From the NCBI GenBank assembly GCA_964510105.1, contig CAZEAI010000001.1, positions 74,693-138,692 on the forward strand: DNA of 64,000 nucleotides. Reading direction: 5' to 3'. Made by a program: the position numbers and the translations under genes. The notes beneath the pieces were generated by a model. The model was not told where the DNA came from. It did no database searches and worked only from the letters and a program-made list of their open reading frames with translations. The DNA is from an uncultured bacterium (lineage in GTDB: Bacteria > Latescibacterota > MWCZ01). Positions 10,185 to 18,851 of this stretch are shown piece by piece (position 1 is the stretch's first letter; each line of letters begins with the position of its first letter).

Positions 10185-11200
10185 CAGGGAGTCGTCCGGC
10201 CTGGGAGCGGCAGGCGCGGATTCGGATTCAGATCCAGCTCGGCGCGGAGTCCGCGTTCAAACCAGAACGCCCCCGCGCACGCTACCATGGCGGCGTTATC
10301 CGTACACAGCACCGGCGACGGCTGGTAGGCGGTAGCCCCAATGCGTCCGCACGCATCTCGGACGCGCAGTCGAAGCTCGCTGTTCGAGGCGACTCCACCC
10401 GCCAGAACGAGACGGCGCGCTCGCCTCTTTCGCATCGCACGAAGCGTCGTGTCGACCAGAGCGCCGACGGCGGCGTCCTGAAAGCTCGCGGCGATATCCG
10501 CGCGGTGACGTTCGACGTCGCCGGGGTCCATCTTCTCAACGTGATTCAGGACCGCCGTCTTGAGGCCGCTGAAGCTGAACGCAAATGGATCGTCGCGGAT
10601 CACGGCGCGAGGGAACCTCACGAACTCCGCGTCGCCTTCGCGAGCCAGCCGGTCGATGTTCGGACCGCCGGGATATCCGACCCCGAGCAGCTTCGCCACC
10701 TTATCGTAGGCTTCGCCCGCGGCATCGTCACGAGTCGCCCCGAGAATCGAGTAGGTTCCCCAATCCGGAACCCACATCAGCTGCGTATGCCCGCCCGAAA
10801 CGACCAGCGCCACGAACGGCGGTTCGAGGTCGTCGTTCTCGATGCGATTCGCGAAGATGTGCGCCTCGATGTGGTGCACCGGCACGAGCGGCAGCCCCGC
10901 TCCATATGCGAGGCCTTTCGCCGCGCTGACTCCCACAAGAAGCGATCCAACCAGCCCGGGTCCGGCGGTTATGGCAACGGCGTCGACCTCCGTCAGAGCC
11001 GTACCGGCTTCCTCCAGCGCGGCTCTGACAACCGGGATCACGCGCTCGGTGTGGGCTCGCGAAGCCAACTCCGGGACTACTCCACCGAACGGAATGTGCT
11101 CCGCCTGCGAGGCGATCACGTTTGAAAGGAGTCCGTCGGCCGGGCTGTACACAGCGGCGGCGGTCTCGTCGCACGAGGTCTCGATACCGAGTACTCGCAC
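10184..11200 (-). CDS. tsaD: tRNA N6-adenosine threonylcarbamoyltransferase TsaD (Kae1/Gcp family)
   Basis: MRVLGIETSCDETAAAV start, metal-binding HxxxH region (HIEAHI) and the GGVASN motif; stop overlaps the alr start (TGATG). Confidence 0.9.
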   Translation of the reverse strand: MRVLGIETSCDETAAAVYSPADGLLSNVIASQAEHIPFGGVVPELASRAHTERVIPVVRAALEEAGTALTEVDAVAITAGPGLVGSLLVGVSAAKGLAYGAGLPLVPVHHIEAHIFANRIENDDLEPPFVALVVSGGHTQLMWVPDWGTYSILGATRDDAAGEAYDKVAKLLGVGYPGGPNIDRLAREGDAEFVRFPRAVIRDDPFAFSFSGLKTAVLNHVEKMDPGDVERHRADIAASFQDAAVGALVDTTLRAMRKRRARRLVLAGGVASNSELRLRVRDACGRIGATAYQPSPVLCTDNAAMVACAGAFWFERGLRAELDLNPNPRLPLPGRTTP

Positions 11201-11202
11201 GA

Positions 11203-12144
11203 TCAGCGCCTCCCCCGAACGATGACGAGATTCGCTGTCTTGGGCACGATACGCACAAGACGCACGTCGTCCGGGAGGCGAACCAGCAGAGGCAAGTCAT
11301 CCAGTCCGTGGTCGAAGCGCTGCCGGTAGTCGAGTTCCACCTTGACATCCGACGGGCCGAGCGCGCCGACGACGTCCGCGCCGCCGATCACGTCAAGCGT
11401 AGCCGTCTCCGGCATGGCGCGCGCGACGACACCGCGTCGAGTGCGTGTCACGGCAATCGGCAAATCGCGCAACCGCCGCTCCAGCAGCACCTGAACGTTG
11501 GCCGAGACGGTCACTTCGGCGGGTGTCGCCGTGAGATTCAGGTCGGGATCCAGGTGAACCGGCACACTCACTTCCACGTTCTCGCCGGCGCCGGCCAGAG
11601 TGAGGCTGTCGGTTGATACGGAAGTGAGCTGTCGAACGAATCGTCTCGGTCCACCGACGCGGACGGTCGGCGGATCCACGCGGATGTCCCCTACGATCGT
11701 GTACCCCGGTTCGAGTCCGAAATGCACACGATGGGAAACATCCAGCTCGCGGGTTTCGAGGTAGTCGAACTCCAGAACCACCGAGCGCGGCGACTCGATG
11801 TCCACCAGCTCAATGCCTGCATCCTGATCGAGCCCTTCCACGCTCTGGAGGCCGATGTCCACGGTAACGGCCTCACGGCGGGAGATTCGCGGACGAAGGA
11901 CCACTCGCCCTCGGTGGGATCCGAAGATGAGTTCCTTGCCGGTGCCGGTGACCGTCACTCCAACGTGGTCGGGTATCTTGTTGGCGACGACGAACCGCCC
12001 ACTCGCGTCGGATACGGCGAGAGGGAACGGCACGACTTGCTCGTAGCGCTGATCGGTCTTAACGTGTGCCCAGAGCACGACTCCGATCAACAACGCCGCG
12101 AGTTTCACCGACCAGTTGCTGCGCAGCGCTTTCCAGTCCACCAT
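11203..12144 (-). CDS. YbbR-domain protein (CdaR-like)
   Basis: N-terminal TM anchor (WSVKLAALLIGVVLWA) followed by repeated beta-rich YbbR-like segments; typical size and architecture. Confidence 0.7.
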   Translation of the reverse strand: MVDWKALRSNWSVKLAALLIGVVLWAHVKTDQRYEQVVPFPLAVSDASGRFVVANKIPDHVGVTVTGTGKELIFGSHRGRVVLRPRISRREAVTVDIGLQSVEGLDQDAGIELVDIESPRSVVLEFDYLETRELDVSHRVHFGLEPGYTIVGDIRVDPPTVRVGGPRRFVRQLTSVSTDSLTLAGAGENVEVSVPVHLDPDLNLTATPAEVTVSANVQVLLERRLRDLPIAVTRTRRGVVARAMPETATLDVIGGADVVGALGPSDVKVELDYRQRFDHGLDDLPLLVRLPDDVRLVRIVPKTANLVIVRGRR

Positions 12145-12270
12145 CGAGCGACTCGCGATCCGAGCGTAGGGTTCAGCATCGTTGACTTGTAGCAGATAGT
12201 ATACGCGCTCGCCATCGTACTCGAAAACGGGCGCTGGCGGAGCCCGCTGCCGCGCGGTGCATCGATGCCA

Positions 12271-13071
12271 TCACCCGATGAGGCGCCGGAACTCCTCCAC
12301 GGCTCCCTCGACACCCGCGCTGAACAGGCCGTAGTCGGCGCCAACCATGACCAGTTCAGCGCCCTCATCGATCCAGTATCTGGCGTTCTCGGCGCTCGAC
12401 GAAGCGCAGGCAAACGGCAGACCGTGTCGACGACTCGCGTCGAACACTTTCCGCTTCGCCGCGACGACGTCCGGGTGCTCATACTCGCCACCCAACCCCA
12501 TGGAGAGCGACAGATCAGACGGTCCGAGGAACAACCCGCCGATGCCCTCGACAGAACAAATCTCGTCGAGGTTGCCCACCGCATCGATGTGCTCGATCTG
12601 CGGCACGAGAACAACGATGTCGTCGTTCGCAACGCGCTGATACTCCCAGGCCCCCCCGACAAGGTGCTGAGCCCGACGAGGCGCGATGCCTCGAATGCCG
12701 CGAGGCGGATACATGCCGTAGCTCGCCAGCTCCCGCGCGTCCTCACCAGTATTCACGAACGGTACGACCATGCCCTCGATGCCGAGGTCGAGCACCTGCT
12801 TGATGAGGGCCTGATCGATGCCCGGCATGCGCACCATGACATTCGCCGGGCTGCTCCGCGCGATCATCGCGACGCGTTCGATGTCGGTCAGCGTCAGCGA
12901 CGAGTGCTCCGCTTCGACGAGGAGGACGTCGAACCCGCTGTGGGCGGCCAGCTCGAGGAAGAACGGATCGCGGCAGATCGTCCACAGGCCGAGCTGCGTC
13001 TTCCCGCTCGCGAGAAGCTTCTTCAGGCGTGGTTCTCCGAGATACTGACCGGGCATGGCGTGTCCTTTCAT
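12271..13071 (-). CDS. HpcH/HpaI-family aldolase (2-keto-3-deoxy-sugar acid / 2,4-dihydroxyhept-2-enedioate aldolase-like)
   Basis: TIM-barrel class II aldolase features (LWTICRDPFFLELAAHSGFDVLLVEAEHS, VRMPG, metal-binding E/D region); start trimmed to MKGHAMPGQY at 13071, as the track ORF has a junk extension. Confidence 0.7.
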   Translation of the reverse strand: MKGHAMPGQYLGEPRLKKLLASGKTQLGLWTICRDPFFLELAAHSGFDVLLVEAEHSSLTLTDIERVAMIARSSPANVMVRMPGIDQALIKQVLDLGIEGMVVPFVNTGEDARELASYGMYPPRGIRGIAPRRAQHLVGGAWEYQRVANDDIVVLVPQIEHIDAVGNLDEICSVEGIGGLFLGPSDLSLSMGLGGEYEHPDVVAAKRKVFDASRRHGLPFACASSSAENARYWIDEGAELVMVGADYGLFSAGVEGAVEEFRRLIG

Positions 13072-13439
13072 CGAAAGCAGGTGCAGATGAAGGGTAGATC
13101 GCGCCCGCCAACCGGCCAACGGTATGGGACACAATACAAGAAGGGCCAAGCGGCACAAGTGCCGCTCGGCCCCTGAGAAGAGCGTCGGGAGGGCTGCTGG
13201 AAACCGAGAAAACGCTTCGCAAACAAGGAAACGTTGAAGGACGTTTAAGCCGCGCCGATAGGTATCGTAGCACGATCCGACGAGCACGAGGCTCGTAGCC
13301 GAGCATCCTCACTCCGGCAGGGCGACCTTCCGCTGATCAAGTGTTAAAGGTTTTTACAATTTCGCAGCGGCCCTCCCTACGCCCCGAATATGGGGCCGCC
13401 TCGCCACCGCGTCAATCGGGGGGACCTCTCGCGCGGCGC

Positions 13440-14294
13440 CTAGCGTTGCACGGCCCGACGCATAGCGTCCACCGGCGCGGCCTGCCCGGTCCACAACTCG
13501 AACGATCTCGCGCCCTGGTATACGAGCATGTCGAGGCCGTTATACGCCCGCCCACCGGCGCGTTCTACCTGCTGCATGAGCGGCGTGACCGGGGGGCTGT
13601 AGTTCGAATCGACACACACCAGATCGCCGTGTGCGCAGCGCCACTCGTCCGGCAGAGGCGAGAGGCCGGCAAGCTCGCCACGCCCCAAGCTCGTCGCATT
13701 CACGAGCAGTCCGGCCGTAGCGACGGCATCCGCCGCACACTGCCGCTCAAGCGGGGCGCCGACCACTTCGACTGCTCCGGTGAATTCCTCGGCAAGCACG
13801 CGGGCTTTGTCCTGCGTCCGGTTCAGGATCGTCACCCGTCGCACGCCGTCCATCGTGGTAAGCGCGTAGACGATGCCCCGAGCGGCACCCCCCGCGCCCA
13901 GCACCACGACGTGCTCCGGCGCCCGGGATACACCCGCGCCATCCGTGATCGCCCGGATGATCCCGACCACGTCCGTATTGTCGCCAAATAGCGTCCCGTC
14001 GCGGTTCACCACCGTGTTGACCGCGCCGACGGCGCGAGCGGCATCGCTCAGCTTGTCCACCGCCGCCATCACGGCCTGCTTGTGCGGCACCGTGACGTTC
14101 ATGCCGCGCCAGTTCAGCGCGCGCACGGACTCAACCGCCGCGGGAACAGCGTCGGGCTGGACGTGACAGGCAACGTACACCCAGTTGAGCCCCAGCTCCG
14201 AGAATGCCGCGTTGTGCATCGGCGGCGAGAGCGAGTGCTCCACCGGATCGCCGATCACGGCGACGATCTGCGTGCGTCCGTCGATATCGTGCAT
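13440..14294 (-). CDS. aroE: Shikimate dehydrogenase
   Basis: VIGDPVEHSLSPPMHNAAF N-terminal shikimate-binding motif and the GAGGAARG Rossmann motif. Confidence 0.85.
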   Translation of the reverse strand: MHDIDGRTQIVAVIGDPVEHSLSPPMHNAAFSELGLNWVYVACHVQPDAVPAAVESVRALNWRGMNVTVPHKQAVMAAVDKLSDAARAVGAVNTVVNRDGTLFGDNTDVVGIIRAITDGAGVSRAPEHVVVLGAGGAARGIVYALTTMDGVRRVTILNRTQDKARVLAEEFTGAVEVVGAPLERQCAADAVATAGLLVNATSLGRGELAGLSPLPDEWRCAHGDLVCVDSNYSPPVTPLMQQVERAGGRAYNGLDMLVYQGARSFELWTGQAAPVDAMRRAVQR

Positions 14295-14347
14295 GGAAAC
14301 CCCCTCGGTGGCGCGGCTGATCGTCCTGAGCGAATCAGCAGATCACT

Positions 14348-15076
14348 TCATATCATGAGCAGAACGCCGAGAATCAGCACAAGAGCCGACACGAGGCGCC
14401 CGAAAAGCTTCTGGTCGACCCGGTTGAAAACGGCGATTCCGATGCTCGATCCGACGAGTATCGCCGGCAAGAGCGCGCCGGCGGACTTCAGGAGTGGTCC
14501 GTTAAGCGACCCCTCCGCGACGAGCGCGATTGTTTTGATCGCCGTTGCCGCGAAAAAGCACGTCAGGAGCGTCGCTTTGAACACCTGTGGCGACCATGGC
14601 TGACGCGCGGCGAACGCGATGAGCGGCGGTCCGCCGATGTTCGTCGCGCCACCGACAATGCCGCCGAGCAAGCCTGCCGCGTATCCCCACGCCGTACTGA
14701 GAGCCTTACGCTCCCACCGTTCGCCAAGCAGCCGCGTGATGCCCACATAGAGCAGAAGCATGCCGACCAGCAATCGTATCAGCGCCGTCGACCCTCCGAG
14801 CAGCAGAGCCAGCCCCAACGGCAGGCCCGCCACCATGCCGACGACCATCGGCCCGACGTTCCGGAGGCGTACCGAGTGGCGGACGCTCCAGAGGACGATC
14901 ACGATGTTCGACGTAGACAGCGGCGCCATCATGATGGAGGCCACCTTCGCATCGATGAGAAGCACACTCAGCCCCATCGAGACCATGCCGAAGGCGAACC
15001 CGACCGCTCCCTGCACAAACGCGGCGAGCAGGATTATCAGTTCGAGCATGAGTAACGTCTGGAGGTCGAACGCCAC
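14348..15076 (-). CDS. TauE/SafE (TSUP) family membrane exporter
   Basis: About 240 aa, highly hydrophobic, with the two-repeat architecture and glycine-rich helices typical of TSUP. Confidence 0.7.
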   Translation of the reverse strand: MAFDLQTLLMLELIILLAAFVQGAVGFAFGMVSMGLSVLLIDAKVASIMMAPLSTSNIVIVLWSVRHSVRLRNVGPMVVGMVAGLPLGLALLLGGSTALIRLLVGMLLLYVGITRLLGERWERKALSTAWGYAAGLLGGIVGGATNIGGPPLIAFAARQPWSPQVFKATLLTCFFAATAIKTIALVAEGSLNGPLLKSAGALLPAILVGSSIGIAVFNRVDQKLFGRLVSALVLILGVLLMI

Positions 15077-15077
15077 G

Positions 15078-15488
15078 TCAGCGGCCCGCGCCGAGTGTCA
15101 GAATCACCGCCGGATCGACGTCGTCCGCACGCACGGAGTACGCTTCTCCCTCGCCCAGCACGATCACGTCGAACGCGCTGACCGGGTGCTCTATGTCATC
15201 GATGGTGATGCGCGCTCGCCCCTGCGCGATCACGAGCACCAGCTCGCCTCGTTCGACGGTCTCCCGTTCGCAGGCGTCGTCGCGACCGTAGTATCGCACG
15301 TCGGCGCGATCCATGCATCGCAGCCCTTCCGCCGCTGGGAGGCCGGGCGAGAGAAACGTCCGACGGTCCTCGCCGGGGCGTTGATCGTGAAGAGAGAACA
15401 GAAGCATCGGATTTCGCTCCGGTGGGCTGATCGGTTCAACATCGCAGGGACGGTTCGCGGACCGCGCGGAGGTGTAAGGTATCGCCAA
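15078..15488 (-). CDS. Cupin-domain protein (start uncertain)
   Basis: Small beta-barrel-type sequence (GELVLVIAQGRARITIDD, VIVLGEGEAYSV); 2-nt gap to the TauE gene. Confidence 0.45.
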   Translation of the reverse strand: MAIPYTSARSANRPCDVEPISPPERNPMLLFSLHDQRPGEDRRTFLSPGLPAAEGLRCMDRADVRYYGRDDACERETVERGELVLVIAQGRARITIDDIEHPVSAFDVIVLGEGEAYSVRADDVDPAVILTLGAGR

Positions 15489-15634
15489 CGAGCAGTCCGA
15501 TCCCAGCCTCGCACGAGATCACAACGTGATGTCCGCACCGGGTTTGGTCCGACATCCGGACCGCTGCAGACTCCCGAGTGATCGCCCAGTCGTTTGTCGG
15601 CAATGTAGAAGCACGCAAGTGCAGAGGAGTATGG

Positions 15635-16327
15635 ATGTATCACAGCCGGATCTTGCGCCTGACAGTGGTGGCGTCGCTCGCCGTTTCGTGTGCCGGGATG
15701 CTCGCCTGTAGTGAAGACAGCAACCCGCTCGCAGCCGCCGAGGAAATGGTCGGAATTCACGCCGGTCCCAACACGGCGATCACCACCGCCAACGCGGCAG
15801 CTGCTATCGACTCAATCATGAGTCCGCTCGGAGACGGCATCTTTGAGGTGCTGGTGATGGCCAACCCAGACTTCCAGGAGCCATCCCGCGACGCCGCGGC
15901 GGTTACGGCGGACATCACGCCGGTCGTCTTGCAGGGCGCTGACATTTTCTACGACGACGACGGTAACAGCACCGGTAGCGGCACGATGTCGGTAACCAGC
16001 GGGAGCCTCGTAACCGACGTGAACGCCACAACCGGCGCCGGCACTGTGAAGCTCACCATCGAGGTCGATCTCAACGACTTCTCTGCCGACGGCTTGCTGT
16101 TCCTCGGTGGCTCGCACGAATCAACAATGACCATCACACTCGGCGCCGGCGGGGAGATCGCCGGACTAATCGCCGTCATCGATGCCGACATCGCCGTCGC
16201 TGGAACGCTCAGCGGCGCTCTCTCGATCGACCTCACCATCACGATGACCGGGGAAGAGGATACCGTTGCCGTCGGAACCGCCATCGTGGACGGCACCCCG
16301 GTAGCGATCAACATCACGGATTTCTGA
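15635..16327 (+). CDS. Hypothetical lipoprotein (Thr/Gly/Ala/Asp-rich, repetitive)
   Basis: ATG at 15635 preceded by AGGAG; lipobox LAVSCAG; low-complexity beta-rich body. Confidence 0.5.
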   Translation: MYHSRILRLTVVASLAVSCAGMLACSEDSNPLAAAEEMVGIHAGPNTAITTANAAAAIDSIMSPLGDGIFEVLVMANPDFQEPSRDAAAVTADITPVVLQGADIFYDDDGNSTGSGTMSVTSGSLVTDVNATTGAGTVKLTIEVDLNDFSADGLLFLGGSHESTMTITLGAGGEIAGLIAVIDADIAVAGTLSGALSIDLTITMTGEEDTVAVGTAIVDGTPVAINITDF

Positions 16328-16387
16328 CATCATATGGCGATGCGGTATCCACCGCCGCGACGCCATGGGAGTCCGGCTATCACGAAG

Positions 16388-16417
16388 AAGGGCGGTCCGA
16401 ATGGGCCGCCTTTCTCC
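16388..16417 (+). terminator. Rho-independent-type terminator (possibly bidirectional) between the lipoprotein gene and GRE-1
   Basis: GC stem GGGCGGTCC..GGGCCGCC followed by TTTCTCC on the + strand; lies between convergent genes. Confidence 0.5.
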
Positions 16418-16444
16418 GTGTACAACGCTGTTGGTAACGCCGGA

Positions 16445-18646
16445 CTACGATAGCGCATGCTCCGTCCGCTGGATGATCTCGTCCTGCAGCGGACGCGAGA
16501 GGCGCGTGAAGTAGTCCGAGTACCCCGCGACCCGGACGATGAGATTCGCGTGCTCCTCCGGGTGGTCCTGCGCCTCCCGCAGGAGATCGGACGACACGAC
16601 GTTCACCTGCACCTCGAAGCCGCCGAGGTGCAGATATGTCTCCAGCAGGTCGATCGACTTCTCGCGATCGTCCGAAGACTCGAACATCGACGGCGTGAAT
16701 TTCACATTCGTCACGATCCCGCCGACGAATTTCGTGTGATCTATCTTCGCCGACGAACGCAGCATCGCAGTGACGCCCGAGGTATCATGCCCCTGCACCG
16801 GTCCCACGGAGTCCGCCAGCGCCTCGCCGGCATGACGCCCATCGGGAGTCGCACCGGTCCGCTCACCGAACGCGGAGTGCACAATCCAGCACAGATATCC
16901 GGGCTGATAGGGTCCACCGCGCGGATTTCTATACTGCCGGGTCTCGCCATACCAGAATTCCGAGAACTCGTTCCAGAGGTTATCGGGTTCCTCGTCGTCG
17001 TTGCCGTACCGCGGCGGCTTTGAGCCCATGAGGTGCCGCAGAGCTTCCTCGCCCTCCCAGTCGCGCCGCATGATATCGGCAAGATCGGGCAGCGACACTG
17101 CCTTCTCCTCGTACACCGCCCAGCGGATCGCGAGTAGTCCGTCCACCACGTTTGACAGCCCCACCAGTTCCGGCATCGTGGGGTTGTGGCGCGCGCCGCC
17201 GCACGTGAAGTCCGTGGCGCGCTCGATGCAGTCGCTCACGAATGTGGAGAGCAGTGGATACCGGACCGTCTCCATCCAGCCGCGGTCCCACGCCGCAGTG
17301 ATCTCGTGGTTGTACTTCATGGCCTGGGCGAGGTCGGTGCGGAACTCGTCGACGATCTCCTCCCACGCGGGCTGAGCGCCGCTCTCCTTCGCGCGCTGCC
17401 CGACTCGTTGGACGACTCGTTCAAGGGCCTTGCCCGCGTTCACATAGCCCGACGCCACCCACGGGTTGGAGCAGCCGATCGCGCTGATCTCCACGCACGA
17501 TCCGGCCATGTAGTTGACCGCCTCCTCGCGAGTCACGCCGTCGCGCATGAGCCCGGGAACGATCGCCTCGTCGTTGAATACCGCCGGGAACCCGATTCCC
17601 GTACCCATGAGCCTGACGGATTCGCGCATCACGTCGCGGTCGAGCTTCGGATGCCAGCTCACACACAGCGCCGGATGAAGCATCTGCAAGTCGTGCGATA
17701 CCTCAAGGCAGAGCAGCGACACCTCGTTCGACGCGTCCTCACCCTCGGGCGTCTGGCCACCGACGAACAGCGTCTGCGGGACGGTGTACGGGTCGAACTC
17801 GCTGTATTTCAGGAAGAGGCACGCGAGTGTCTCGTAGGCGCTCTCTTCGTTCATGCGCCCCTGCTCGATATCGCGACGGTAGTACGGCCCGAGGTACTGA
17901 TCGACGCGCCCTGGACAGAAACACCCGTGACCGTGACCGTTCAGCTCGATAACGACCCAGATATGCACGAACCAGAGCAGCTGCGCGGCCTCGCGATATG
18001 TCCGCGGCGGCTCCGACGCAACGTGGCCACACACTTCGTGGATGCGGATCAGCTCGGCCTGCCGCGGGCCGTCGGTCTCCATGGCCATGAGCCACGCGGC
18101 CTCGGAATACCGACGGGCGTACCGCATCGCTCCCGTCAGCGCGTAGGCCATGCCGCGCAACGCGTCACGCTCATCACCGGTTGTGTCCTTGAGCCGTGCC
18201 GCGACATCGTCGCGCAAGCCCGCGAGCCCTTTCTTCAGTATCGTCGGGTAGTCGGGCGTGAGGTGGCCGGTCATCGCCCCTCCCGCACCGTGTCGACACT
18301 CCGCCACCGACTCATGGGCGTCCGGCGAAATGAGCGGCTCGACAACCGCGCTGCGCGCTTCGCCGAGCGTATCCGGGTCCAGGGAGTCAAACTCCGCCTG
18401 TTCCTGTTCGCTCGGCTCCCGCCGCAGCCACCGCCCGACGATGAGTTCGTCCGGGCCGATCTCAACGGGCAGCCGCTCCAACGTGTCGTGAAGCGTCTTG
18501 CCGTAGCGAGCACCTATTCCTTCATCGGCATGGGCGCGGATGCCGCGAGCCCACAACAACTCGCGGTCGACGAAGTATCCAGACTGCTCGAACAGCCACG
18601 CTCGTATGCGTCCGATGCGGTCCGTGCGAAGAATCGGCTGAATCAT
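16445..18646 (-). CDS. Glycyl radical enzyme 1 (PFL-like fold; eliminase/dehydratase type, substrate unknown)
   Basis: C-terminal glycine-radical motif RVAGYSDYF; Cys loop AGSCVEIS (Cys-x-Glu as in glycerol dehydratase/CutC/HypD-type GREs, not the Cys-Cys of PFL); about 730 aa. Start trimmed to MIQPILRTDRIGRIRAW at 18646, because the track ORF (to 18766) has a 40-aa junk extension. Confidence 0.85.
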   Translation of the reverse strand: MIQPILRTDRIGRIRAWLFEQSGYFVDRELLWARGIRAHADEGIGARYGKTLHDTLERLPVEIGPDELIVGRWLRREPSEQEQAEFDSLDPDTLGEARSAVVEPLISPDAHESVAECRHGAGGAMTGHLTPDYPTILKKGLAGLRDDVAARLKDTTGDERDALRGMAYALTGAMRYARRYSEAAWLMAMETDGPRQAELIRIHEVCGHVASEPPRTYREAAQLLWFVHIWVVIELNGHGHGCFCPGRVDQYLGPYYRRDIEQGRMNEESAYETLACLFLKYSEFDPYTVPQTLFVGGQTPEGEDASNEVSLLCLEVSHDLQMLHPALCVSWHPKLDRDVMRESVRLMGTGIGFPAVFNDEAIVPGLMRDGVTREEAVNYMAGSCVEISAIGCSNPWVASGYVNAGKALERVVQRVGQRAKESGAQPAWEEIVDEFRTDLAQAMKYNHEITAAWDRGWMETVRYPLLSTFVSDCIERATDFTCGGARHNPTMPELVGLSNVVDGLLAIRWAVYEEKAVSLPDLADIMRRDWEGEEALRHLMGSKPPRYGNDDEEPDNLWNEFSEFWYGETRQYRNPRGGPYQPGYLCWIVHSAFGERTGATPDGRHAGEALADSVGPVQGHDTSGVTAMLRSSAKIDHTKFVGGIVTNVKFTPSMFESSDDREKSIDLLETYLHLGGFEVQVNVVSSDLLREAQDHPEEHANLIVRVAGYSDYFTRLSRPLQDEIIQRTEHALS

Positions 18647-18732
18647 GTTATGTTGCCTTTCGTGCGATTTGGATGGCGTGTGTATGCTGAACAACCTCGC
18701 CCACGGCTCAAGCCGCGGGCTACATGCTGCGA

Positions 18733-18841
18733 AGTCGGCTGAAGCCGACTGCGTGCCGCCAACCATACCCGTGCCCAGCCACCTTCAGGTGGCTTGTCGT
18801 TCGTAGCCCGACACCAAACGTAGCCCCCGGCTTCAGCCGGA
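18733..18841. promoter_or_regulatory. Array of three GC-rich hairpins with an identical TTCA/TGAA tetraloop in the GRE-2/GRE-1 spacer
   Basis: agtcggcTGAAgccgact (18733-18750), agccaccTTCAggtggct (18777-18794), ccggcTTCAgccgg (18827-18840). Each has a 5-7 bp GC-rich stem and a 4-nt loop; they fill the 85-bp gap between the GRE-2 stop and the GRE-1 start region. Confidence 0.4.
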
Positions 18842-18851
18842 GGGCGACGAA

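Noticed and set aside
13072-13439. Possible tRNA or other structured RNA gene in the long gap
   Set aside because: No cloverleaf with T-loop consensus (GTTCGA/ATCC-like) and no RNase P/tmRNA/SRP consensus strings found by eye; kept only as a low-interest finding.
17186-18742. 518-aa ORF antisense to GRE-1, and similarly 19878..21206 (442 aa) antisense to GRE-2 and 18951..19646
   Set aside because: Arg/Ala/Gly/Pro-rich low-complexity translations with no motifs; typical stop-poor antisense frames in high-GC DNA. The sense strand carries unmistakable GRE motifs.
16445-18766. Using the full track coordinates for GRE-1, the activase, uvrD, the epimerase, Wza-like, HpcH and sugar-isomerase ORFs
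   Set aside because: The longest-ORF extensions upstream of the conserved N-termini translate to low-complexity junk and lack RBS support; internal Met codons preceding the recognisable N-terminal motifs were chosen instead.
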